Assembly (NCBI GenBank): GCA_015680685.1
Contig: MNCI01002981.1
Span: forward strand, 260,061 to 324,060
Source: Gnetum montanum
Lineage: Eukaryota; Plantae; Gnetophyta
Direction of reading: 5' to 3'
Length of the DNA stretch: 64,000 nucleotides
The position numbers were made by a program, and so were the translations under genes. Below are positions 50,801-61,028 of the stretch, piece after piece. Every line of letters starts with the position of its first letter. The first letter of the stretch is position 1. The notes beneath the pieces are model-generated. The model was not told the DNA's origin and searched no databases. It was given only the letters and a program-made list of their open reading frames with translations.

Positions 50801-53800
50801 GCATCTTCATGTTCCGTAGAAGTCATTGAGATACTAATCAGAACTTGAGCATCACATGCTCCTGTGAAATCTGCTAATGGCACAACAAAGATGTTAAATG
50901 ATTCTTTGATGTGGTCCACGACCACCTTTGCTACTTCAGTTGCATCCTAGTGTTGCATGACCACCACAGTGGCACCTTCACCAGTTTCTAATTGTACTTG
51001 GAATGATGCAACATTTCCAAAGATTTGTTGTGACCAATGCAATTTCCCTCCTCTTGTTTGAATTGAGACCTCACCTCTTGCAGGATTGATTGATATGGTG
51101 GGTTGTACAGCATCATCGATCACCTTGAAAAGATTGGCCTCATCCCTACTTCCCCAACTGATCGTATCTATGATGACCCTGAGATGGCTCATTGATGATT
51201 GGTAATCTTACGGCAATGGTGGTGGTTGCTGGTCCTATTGACCTGTGGGCTATGTGCTAGGCCCTGGTTCATGTTGTTGGCTAAGCCTTGTGTCTGGAAG
51301 TTGGCTAGGCCTTGCTATTTGAGGTGCAATCGGCCCAACCATCTGTTCTTGTTCAGGCTCCAATGTCTCACTAACATCTTTTCTCGATGCTGGTGGCTTA
51401 AGTAATTTAGCATATGAAGCATTTTGAGCTTTTATGTGGACATCATTAGTGTACCCCAAAATTCCAGCACGTTGGCACAGCTTCCTAATTAGACACAGAA
51501 AGGACAATGTGAACTTTCCTATCTTCCGTTCTTCAAACCACCTTAATATCTCTGTTAAATATAGATGGGGCAAATTGGCATCAACCTTGCCCATCAAAAT
51601 TGCACTTCCTCTGGCCGCATAGGTAGAAATTTTGTTTAACCCCTTCATTGAAAAAATGTGATAGATGCCAATTTTAAAGTAAATTCTCTCTTCAAGAGTT
51701 AACTCTCCATGTCTTGTCTTTTTTGCCGTACGCCCTTTTTAACCACATCTTTCTTACATCTGCATCAAAGTGAGTGGACAAATGAGTAACTTTAGGCCTT
51801 GTATTTGGAAGATTCAGAACTTCCGCAATGGCCTTTGTGGATAAATCAACTGAAATTCCACCAATATCAACGATGGTGCCCTCTTCTTTATTGTGCCAAA
51901 ATTGATAGGTTTCACCCAAATATCAATCTCCATTTTCCAAAAGGATAGGCCATAGTGGAGATCCCTTAAATAAATCCTTAATTGGTTTAAGGGAAAATTT
52001 GGTAAAAGACCCAAAATTAAGTTCCACAATCACTGCAATAGATGTGGATCTTTCCTGAATGGCTTGAACACATTTTGGGGACAATGTGAGGTGTTGTCCT
52101 TATTCTGGTGCCCTGACCTCTCCACCTTCGGCTTGACCAAATTGTGTAGTAACAGGGGTTTCTTGATGGATGTTGAACGATTGTGCCTCCTGTTCTACAT
52201 GTTCCACATGAGGTCCTTGGCCTCTGCCTCTTCTCAAGCATTTGGCTACACCTTGAAAAGGTCCTCTCTATTGTCCTCATTTAGGGACCATCTATAATCA
52301 CACAAAGATCGATTGTTAATAAGGCTATTTAAAGAAATTCAATTATCCCATACCTTACTCATTACCTTTAATAAAGGTTCAATTCTTTGTTTATTGTGAT
52401 TTCAAAGTTAGTTTCAAGGAAGTTCTCCTAAAAAGTTTTAATGTCAGGCCTGATCTGCTCAGGCAACTCCTATAATAATTTAAATGATTTGGGTGAAGGA
52501 AGAAAAGTAGTTTGGCATGAGTTTTTAATATTTCCTAGGAGTACTTACCCCTATGATATCCTTCAAGCGATAGCAAATTTCGAAAAAGTTATGTGCAAAT
52601 TCTATCATACCCCTCCCCCACGACTAAGTTAAACACTCCGAGTTTAATTAGGCTTGATCAGAAAAGAAATCAGAGTGTTAACAAGTGAAATATTGACGGT
52701 TGAATTTAGTCTCTCAAATCACTAAAAATCGTGGAAGAAAATTTGAATAACTCCCCCCGCATCAACTGTTGAAAATGACTTCTGTAGCATACAAGGGCCC
52801 CATATATATAGTTTTTATAGACGCGATAACGCGTACCTGATAGCGTGTACCCAATATCACGTCGGACCTCATACCAAGTACCCGATATCGCGTCCTATCC
52901 AAGATAGGATACTTAGTAAAATTAATGATTTTTCAAATTTTTACGACCAAAAATGAATGATTTGAGGTAGATTTGAAAAGTCTAGGGTAATGTCAAGTGG
53001 AAATTAAGGCACCAAAAGTGTAATGGAGTGGAGTTATACAATGAAGTTCTTTGAAAAGGGGGAAGAAAAAGTACATGTAGTGGTTCTAATGAATGTTCAA
53101 TTAAAATGATGACAAAGAAAGGAATAGATTCGGCAATGGAGTACTTGAAGGGTAGAAGATAATGTGGTGGTGTGCAACAAGTACAAATTACAAAAGTCAT
53201 GGAAGTGGATCCTCCCCAAAGCAAGTTCCAACCTATCATGCCCTTGTGTAACCACGCCTTAAAATGTCCGTAGGCACTAGAAAGGTTAAATGCAATCTGC
53301 ACCTATGCAACAAAACACACACATGTTAAATACCACCACTATGAGGTATGAATTCGATGCCACACAAGACACAAGTTAGAAACACCTGGACGGTGAGGTG
53401 AGACGAATTACAGAAAAGATCGCAGAGATCAGGATGTGAGGTAACTTACCCTAGGCACAATGAATCCTAAGTGTTGTGCATGATTAAAGTACCATTACCT
53501 TTTCGCTCCAAGATCAAAACCAAGTCCATACCTCTGATTAATGACATTGCATTGTTTCATCTCAATGATAGACAACCATACGAGCATCATGACAGCAAGG
53601 TGTATGATCACTTGACGTTTTGTGCAAGGAAGGAGTGATTCAAATTTGTTTGCGGCACATTTTTCTTGAGTTTTTTTTTTTTTTTTGGTTTCTCTTCTTT
53701 CTTTTTCTCTTTCGCTTTCTTTTTCTTTTCTTTTTTTTTCTTCCAGCCACTCTTGCACTTGGTCTTCCCCAAAGGTGATCCAGAGAAGCCACCAACCTTC

Positions 53801-56800
53801 AAGCATGGGTACATGTCTTTCCAATGGGACCCTCCAGAACAGCATTGAGTTTCTTTATTGAGTGCCTTTATTACAACTCTTACTCCCATTGTTCATTAGA
53901 TCTACAAGGATTTTAGTACAACCCAGCTGCACAATAGCACATACAGATGTCACCAAAGAGAATCCACAAGTCCCCTTGATGTCACACCCTTGCCATTTCC
54001 TTTTGGTTTGTCACTCTTCGCTCTAGGTATAATGAGTACAAAGTTACTTTAAGTTTTAATCATAACAAGAATATCATCGTCCCCAAAGCAAGAACCTTTT
54101 ATTAATAGAATGGGTGGATGGATGTTGTAGGCTCACTGTCCAAATAATTAGTTACTTGTGACTCAATAGCATAGAACAACACCCCAACCAACCAATTACA
54201 TGAGTATTTTATTCACAAATGAGATTACCTACAAAAAGATAAAACGACAAATTGAAAAACGAGAAATTAGAAAACAAAAAATTGTAAAACCAAAGAAAAG
54301 AAAAAATATTTACTAATTCTGCTTGTTAGAATGGGGAATATCCCCCATAACTAAACCTTTGATCATGGCAAAAATTAATAAATGAAAAGTTAGGATCTAT
54401 GCATGTTGAAAATATTGGGGTCCAGTTATATCCAAACTACTAGGTGTCTTTTGGTGTAGTGGCAAGAATGTACCCAAATTGGGGTTCACACACTTGACTA
54501 AAGTAGGCATAGCAGGGCAGATTATAAGTTGTGGTCATGTGATAAGAAGCTAACCCACTATGGCACCCGTGACCATAAGATAGTATGCAAGGATCGATAT
54601 GTCTCCCCATGTTGTTATATTCATTGGGCCACGTGGTTGTTGGAGTGTTAATTGGTGGCTTGGATAAGGTAACAGGAGGTGTTAAGTTTGTAGAGGAAGG
54701 TGCATCACAATGTTGAGCTTGTGCTAACTTGGAAAATGCAGTGGTTTCAAAACCGTGCTATCTCTTTCTACGACCATGCCTAAAGAAAGGATGCTTCCGA
54801 CGTTGTGGAGGACTCCCACTGCTATTAATAGTAGTAGCACAAGTAATGTTCGTTGGTTGGTGTTGTGGTGCAAAACCTTTTGGTACAATTGGTGGTGATG
54901 TAGAAGGAGGTGAAAGATGAGAATATTGAGAGTATGAGAAGTGTAAGGAACATGAGGTAGTAATCCAATGGAAGAGGACATGGGTTGATGATACTCGAAA
55001 AAATGATAACAATGAGGTGAAGTAGAGGATGTTGATCCAGTTGGAGAAACAGGGTGTTGAACATAATAAGCACTTGGTTTCGGGTGATACGAAGGGTGTG
55101 GCCAGTTTGGCGATGGCCTCCCCCATGACTGGGAGTTTTGCCACTATAGTTGAACACGGTACTTCTGTACGAAATTTGGATGTAACATTTTTCCCCAATG
55201 CTCATGTAGATGTGACAAGATTGGGCATTGGCCTTTGAGGTGATCGTACAGGCAAACATTGCATTGATACTTATGATTTGCAATTGAGCCCCTATCCTTA
55301 TTTTCTTCAACCCTTCTTTCTTATTGTCAAATGGTGTTTTGTCCTGTTTCTAGGTTTGGTATCCTCTGGTTGTTCTGGTTGTCAAAGTTATCTTGCGTGG
55401 TTCTCCCTCTAATAATGTTTGCATATTCTCCACATTTTTCATGTACCCACTCAGTCATCTTATTAATCTTTGCCTCGATTTCATCTAGTGATTTTAGTAT
55501 TGGCAAGGATGGGGACAGTTCAACCTCCTCGAGGTGAGTTGATTTCTCCTCTTCATGATTATGGACCTTTGTTACTTTAAAAGTTTGATCCTGTTGAGAT
55601 CTTTCAACATTCTCCCATTTGGCTATTTCTCCTTCTTCTTTTGCTACCAGCTTAATAAGCTCTTAGAATTGGTGGGTTTGTAGTTCATATAGTTGACCTG
55701 GGGCATACATCCTTAGGGTCTTCCTCATTTCATTACGAAGCCCATCCATGATGTGACACATTAGCCTTTCCTCGAAGAACCCATGGCCTAGGCATTTGTT
55801 TAACAATGAGTAATATCTTTCTAAGGCCATGTCCAATTTCCACTCTTGAATTTGTCTCCTCAAGGCTGACACTCTTGCACAAGTTTGATATCTTTCATTG
55901 AAGAGTTTTACCATTGTAGGCCAACGGCGTATTGAATTCGATTTTAAAGACCTGTACCACACTTTTGCTTGGCCCACAAGTGTCATAGGGAAAAGCTTAA
56001 GTTTTTGCCACCCATTCTCAATGTTGTTCCATGCACATGCATCATAGAAGCCTTGTAAATGATGTTGCGGATCTAAATCATAGCCTTCTGAGAACTTAGG
56101 ATCCAACTCAAACACCTCTAGTGAGGATAGGACATCTCCTAGAATAGGGGGGGCCCGTAAGGACTTTCCTTGTGATGCCTGCAGGATATCTGGCCAGCCT
56201 TTGTTATATGCATTAGGCTCTTAGTGGCCAATAGGGGTTCATCATCACTAAGTAGGTTGTGAGTTCGTGAGTTGGGACGATGTTGTCTATGTTCATGTTG
56301 GCATTCCTAATTTTGCCTGTGGGTTCGATTTTTATTTCTATGCCGACCCCTTAAGGAATAGTCATCTGCATCACAACTTGACATTGAAAGAGCAAAGGCA
56401 GAGAGGGAACTAGAAGATTCATCATGACTTTTGTAAGTCTCCCAATCATCCTCTGATGTACTCTTGCTACCCATTGAGAAGGTCCTAGGCCTTACGGCCC
56501 CCCCCGCCCCCCCCTAATTCTAGGAGATGTCCTATCTTCACTAGAGGTGTCTAAGTTGGATGACAAAAGTCCTTGAGTATCGTTGGGGTGTCCATGAACA
56601 TATGAAACTCCTGCATAAGATTGAGTACTCCAAACTTCTTCTTCATCATAAATTTCGTTGGTTCTCCAATGAATTGCCTCGTTAGACGTTGTGTTACCGT
56701 TGTCTTGTGAGAGAGACATTGTCGTGAATTGTGTGTGACTCAACTGAATTTATTTTCTTTATCTAAAAGATATATCGTTACTAGCATGTTATAGCGACCT

Positions 56801-59800
56801 TGTATGATATAACTAATCTAGATAACTAGCACCATCCTCAGCAACGGCGCCAATGGTGAGGGGCGAGGTACCCCTACGCTCAACCATACGAATACAAGCA
56901 TGTACGCATGATCCAGTCAAACTTCGCAAACGGACTAGTTGTGACACCTAAATAGTTATACAATGATCACAACTGGCTGTCTTTCCACTTGGACTAGTAT
57001 TTGCTTGTCACGTATGGTTTAGTCCAAAGTGAGGTGTATGATGCAGTTTCTACCACTATGCTACTCCTAAGGACAACCAAAAATAACTAAATTAAGCTAA
57101 TAAGCAATAAGAAAATAAGATCTAAGCTAGCCTAAGTGTGATGAGCATCTGTCCCTAATCATCTGTATGCATCTTAGACTTCATGTACTACTTCTAGGAT
57201 TACCAAACATACATCATTTGAAGCACTACTTGATACGCTACTGGGTTACCACATAGTTACACTTAAATGTTCATGATTAAGACGTACTCATTCCGCATTA
57301 ACAATAGGAATAGTAAATGACAATAAAAGGAATATTAACTAAGAAAACAACAATAAATAATAAATAATTAAAACAAATTAAAAGCTAATTGAATGCTACA
57401 ATGATGGAGTAATCTCAATCTTTATTGCTGATCATGTGTGTGTCCAAGTACATCACACTCAAACAAAGGTTCCGTACAATTACATGCATCACACTGTGGG
57501 CATGCACTTGGGAAAAGAACTAAAAACTAACAAAAGACTCGACCCTAAAAAACTCAAGACTCTCCTTCTCTCGTTGTGCACCTAAGTGCTATATTTATAG
57601 ACTAACACAGGAATCACGATATCGTGTATACAATATCATATCTAGGCTACGATATCACATACCCGATATCAGAGCCTGGCAAACCACGATTCATCAATAA
57701 GCCTTACTGACTATTTACAAATCCTCTTAATGATGAACAATCACGTTGTTCTATTGTGTAACTTAGTAATCATTATTGATTAGGGTAGTCTATAACATGT
57801 ACTATTTCTGGTTCTAGCAAATTGCATCATCTTTAAGCTTGCTATTAATCTAAATTGGCCTATGCTAAGTTGGTGAGAATTTCTTGTGTTTCAATGGTGT
57901 TGATCTTCCTTTAGCAATGTTACAATTTTTATCTTCTTGTAAAATCTTGTGGCATCATGGGTTCACAGCACACTTATGATGCTAATTAGTCAGTTAATAT
58001 CCTTAGTCTTACATAGGTTGGGTCACCCTGAACTCCTTTCGGTTGTGTTTGATTGTCCAATTTTCCAAGTGCTGAATAGGCAAAGTCCACCTATTATATT
58101 TTGAAAATTGTTTGGCTTCACTTAATTCCATGTTGGTTTACCTAAAGTAATCCTCGTATTCATGTTGAGCCCACCATTCCTTTTGTTTTCTTGATTCTAT
58201 TTGGATTTCACTGATGGAGGTGTAATATACTTAGATTCATGAATCTGTAAACTTGGCATCTCCACCAATTCAATGTCTTTTAATTCATCCAACCAAACAA
58301 GCCCTCAATGATCTACCACTAAGTTGGTTCAATTTTTCTATGATAATTGATAGACTACTACCTCAACATGGCTTGTCCTTTTCACTTTTGTAACCTTTGT
58401 AGCTACTTCTATTTTGACATTTTTATTCAACTCACTATGCTAAATTTTATGCTAAATTTCTTTGGCCTATGATGCACCAGTCTGCCTTTAAATGTTGGTG
58501 ATATCCAGGACTTCAAGTTCTCTTGTTTTAGTTCTTCAAGTATCATTTGGTAGAACTAAGGACTACTTTCTTCTTATCTTATGTCATCTTTATAAATCAC
58601 CACAATTGTATCCTTTTGGCTTACAAATACTTATTGATTGTTGTTCCAATCCCACTTTGTTGCTTACTGATTCACATTGTTGTGCATGTTGTATATATAT
58701 TTTTATGAAGTGTGGACTTGAGCTTCTTTATACCTCATAAGTAGTTGTCTTTTGGTGAACCATTGTAACCTTTCAAAATGGTTGATGGCTTAAATTAAAC
58801 TAATGATTGTATCTTAACTTGGAGAGAATATTCTAACATATTAAAAGAGTACAAAAGTCTTTTTTCTTGATGAGTTAAAGGTGAATATGCAAACATCTTA
58901 TTCAATGTTATTATTTGAAAGTGATTTACTACTTTTAGTAGTAGAAGCCTTTGTGCCAATTCATTGCATACACTCGTAACTTGAATGTCTCAAGGCAAGA
59001 CATCTTTAAAGCAATTCTTCATGATTCATGACACTGCAGTTTGTATTTTCAGGAAATGTAATGGTTTGGAAAATAAAATATTTCTTTTTTTTTGTTTGGG
59101 GTGGGGGGGGGGTGGGGGGCGGGCGCGGAGGAGAAATCCTAAGCATAGTTCTCAATTAGTCAAGCAAAAGGTTTTAACATAGAAGGCAAGAAACAATTTT
59201 ATTTGCATCACATCATATCTAATAAATCAGATGTAGAAACTCACTATCTCTTACATTCTATTCCAATCAAGTATCCAAATATCTTCGAGAAGCTTTGCTT
59301 AAGTTTACATCATCTTAGAATTGAAAGTGGAAGATACATTTAATTTTCACGAGAAAATCGCACCTATAGATTGTCCAAGTAAGGAGACCTTGAGCATGTA
59401 TTTCTTTTATATGCTATGACTACCAGAGATAATGTTATAATATTACAGCAAAAAACTTATAAAGACAAAATATTTCAAATTTTCTGGCATTAAATTTCAG
59501 ACGAATAAATGTTATGCAAAAACATTGTTCCTAAAAACCTGAAGCTCTATTAGCAATTTTGTCGTTGATTCATCAGCAGACTTTGCTGAGGCTTTCAACG
59601 TCGTAGTCATGGCTCTGAACTTGGTACTTAGAACCTCGCACGCTGCCAACGACAGTCCAGGCACATGATGAGCCTCGACACCTTCATTTGACAGCAAGAA
59701 CCTGCAATAGGGAATACAATCAATATGATTCCTCAAACAAATTTCAGATTGACATGATTTTCATATGCTATGCTACGCAGCTCAGTCACAAAGGCGCTGG

Positions 59801-59944
59801 TTGAAACAAAAAATGTTCAAAGCATTGCCATGAAATTCACCTCCAAATGAGGGGAATGAACCGAGGATTGATCCCTCGCTCCTCGAATTCCGAACGCAAA
59901 GCTGCTTCATCAAAAACGGAACGAAAACCTGACGATGTCGCCAT
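29890..59944 (-). CDS. rlmN: RlmN-like radical-SAM RNA methyltransferase (381 aa, 8 exons)
   Basis: complement(join(29890..30147,30397..30496,30842..31011,38392..38496,39646..39780,39900..40010,59539..59701,59841..59944)) = 1146 nt, all GT-AG and phase-consistent. Motifs [20 protein letters not shown] (CxxxCxxC), [39 protein letters not shown] and [11 protein letters not shown]. No obvious transit peptide ([12 protein letters not shown]). Confidence 0.95.
31805..32185. repeat. ~90-bp inverted repeat interleaved with an ~83-bp direct repeat
   Basis: 31805-31892 is an imperfect reverse complement of 32012-32106; 31915-31997 is imperfectly repeated directly at 32103-32185. Confidence 0.8.
32404..33830 (+). 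pseudogene. LINE ORF1 (DUF4283/RRM-like domain + zinc knuckle), disrupted
   Basis: [11 protein letters not shown]...[11 protein letters not shown]; LTPWRPG...[15 protein letters not shown]...FGDFITLD; degenerate knuckle [14 protein letters not shown]. Confidence 0.8.
33835..36906 (+). pseudogene. LINE ORF2 (APE endonuclease - RT - zf-RVT), disrupted, no RNase H seen
   Basis: [20 protein letters not shown]; IILIPK...[19 protein letters not shown]; [18 protein letters not shown]; HYANDM; YLGMP; [10 protein letters not shown]; [15 protein letters not shown]...[11 protein letters not shown]; [12 protein letters not shown]. Confidence 0.88.
36863..37937 (+). pseudogene. LINE ORF3, resembling the accessory 'plant transposon protein' ORFs of Gypsy elements; disrupted
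   Basis: Joined across frameshifts: [35 protein letters not shown] / [34 protein letters not shown] / [26 protein letters not shown]...[26 protein letters not shown], then a charged helical tail. Contains a 48-bp in-frame duplication (37217-37312) and a poly-G run with an N at 37599. Confidence 0.6.
38600..39550 (+). mobile_element. Highly decayed Copia RT/RNase H 3' fragment with a probable LTR remnant (RlmN intron 4)
   Basis: GFVDAN and [19 protein letters not shown] remnants; LTR-like AT-rich block ending CTACAACA at ~39550. Boundaries approximate. Confidence 0.55.
39051..39097 (+). mobile_element. Extremely 5'-truncated RTE / Au-SINE-type 3' end insertion
   Basis: AGCAGACCTCATTTTGTTGGGATAAGGCTGGGGTGATGATGACAATG flanked by duplicated AAAGTGCTAT plus a T-run; a similar tail occurs on - at ~41100-41150. 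Confidence 0.65.
41200..47476 (-). mobile_element. Ty1/Copia LTR retrotransposon (short-LTR, Ale-like), gag-deleted, degenerate
   Basis: LTRs 41200-41429 and 47222-47476; TSD ATTTG (41195-41199 and 47477-47481); iMet-type PBS TGGCATTGGAGCC; PPT AGCTTGAGAGGGAG. Motifs: [21 protein letters not shown]...[25 protein letters not shown] and [22 protein letters not shown]. Confidence 0.92.
44412..46733 (+). mobile_element. 2.3-kb solo LTR (probably Gypsy/chromovirus-like) nested in the Copia pol
   Basis: TGTAA...GTGTTACA termini; TSD CCAAA (44407-44411 and 46734-46738); removing it rejoins the Copia frame (DLSLG / [13 protein letters not shown]); no internal coding domains. Confidence 0.85.
49480..52291 (-). 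pseudogene. Accessory (env-like / putative plant transposon protein) ORF with a long coiled-coil C-terminus, disrupted
   Basis: [22 protein letters not shown] (51692-51919), [16 protein letters not shown] (51250-51648), heptad-rich pieces 50620-50925 and 49798-50277. The ATG at 52291 directly follows a TTATAG acceptor. 3' end approximate. Confidence 0.7.
52795..52900 (-). promoter_or_regulatory. Putative internal promoter for the accessory ORF
   Basis: Minus strand GCGATATCGGGTAC...GTGATATTGGGTACACGCTATCAGGTACGCGTTATCGCGTCTATAAAAACTATATATATG, echoing the LTR U3 GATATCGGGTA...ACACGATATCG...GTCTATAAATA. Confidence 0.5.
54400..56743 (-). pseudogene. Gag-only ORF of the non-autonomous Athila-like element
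   Basis: Retrotrans_gag-like core, CX2CX3HX4C knuckle and Pro/His-rich tail; no D(S/T)G protease motif seen downstream. Confidence 0.75.
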
Positions 59945-61028
59945 AAATATGATGCTGCTGCAATGCCGCGGTGCTTAGGGTTCCTAGATATTTCGTTCAA
60001 TGCATTGGAGGAGAGATTTTGCAGAGAGCATATAAAAGAAAACCGAGTACCAACAAGAAAGATTCAATGAAAGTTTTGAAACCAACAAATTCAGTTTTCA
60101 TGGGTCGGAGTTCAATTACAATTCGGGGGAACTTGGGATTATGAACAGTTAAAACTGTTTTTTAATTTGTTACGCCGCATAGTGAAATTCACGTACCGTT
60201 CCTGTTTTTAAGCCGATTAATATTTTTAAATCAGATATATTCATAAATAACATTTTGAATACGCACAAAAAACTGTAATATTTTGAAATTCAAGTTTTAT
60301 TATCTATGTGATCAAAAAACAAGGGTCATCGTATGCGAATAAAAACTTTACGAAACGTATTGGCATAATTGTCACTCCTCGAATCAATGTTTATAAGGGC
60401 GAACACCTGAACATGCATACATTAGAAACATTAAAAATTATGTGTTAACTCTTCCAAGCATATATTTATGTATACCTTTACTTTTGGAAAGTAACAAGTT
60501 AAGCAAATATTAAAAATCAATTTTAACAGAGTAAAAATATTTTAAATATGTTATGTTGTGAGTGGGATAGTCTTTCAAGCAAATATTCAAGTGTACCCTT
60601 ACTTTTTAGAAAGAAATCAGTTAAAATTAAGATAATGCATTTAAAAGTAGATGCTTTAGAGATTACCTAGTTGGCCAGAAATGCTTCTTTTCATGCTTAG
60701 AAGATTGCAATTAAGAAAGAGAGGAAAGAGCTCATGCATCGGATTTATCCATGGAAACATAGTAAACTTGGACTTAAAGGGTTAACATTATTTGAATATG
60801 GCTCTCTTGGTAAAGTTCGGTTGGAGAATTAGGAGCCAAAATGTCACTCCTCTGGAAAGTAATTTACAAAAAAATATATATATAAATCGGAAAGCCGTCA
60901 CTGTCCTTGACAAATTCCAGAGGTATAACAAGAAGGAACGGTTTCTATGAATGAAAGCCGATTACACAAAGTAAACATGTGGAACTCAATCTAAACTCTT
61001 AAAAGATGATTAATCATTTCCGTAAAGA

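Larger units (their letters stand above)
48485..57696 (-). mobile_element. Non-autonomous Athila-like LTR element: gag + large accessory ORF, no recognisable PR/RT/RH/IN
   Basis: LTRs 48485-49308 and 56854-57696; TSD ATAAG (48480-48484 and 57697-57701); tRNA-Asp PBS TGGCGCCGTTGCTGAGGA (56835-56852); PPT at ~49309-49322. Gag [29 protein letters not shown] (55663-56115) and knuckle [13 protein letters not shown]. Confidence 0.92.
48060..59460 (+). mobile_element. Split RTEX-like LINE remnant (pieces ~48060-48350 and ~58835-59460)
   Basis: Both pieces are collinear with the continuous copy at ~62170-63100 (AAACTTTGGA | AA(C/G)ATATT); C-terminal HLRIESGR motif at ~59310-59335. Confidence 0.75.

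Noticed and set aside
53495-53889. Lys/Glu-rich ORFs in element 2
   Set aside because: Translations of an A/G-rich low-complexity non-coding tract.
48351-58836. Helitron interpretation of the insert in the RTEX copy (A|TC...CTAA)
   Set aside because: No 3' hairpin, the base after CTAA is not T, and the junction does not restore the reference copy exactly.
59782-60000. ORF-track 72-aa ORF as the RlmN N-terminus
   Set aside because: Wrong frame; exon 1 starts at ATG 59944 ([12 protein letters not shown]) and splices in phase to exon 2.
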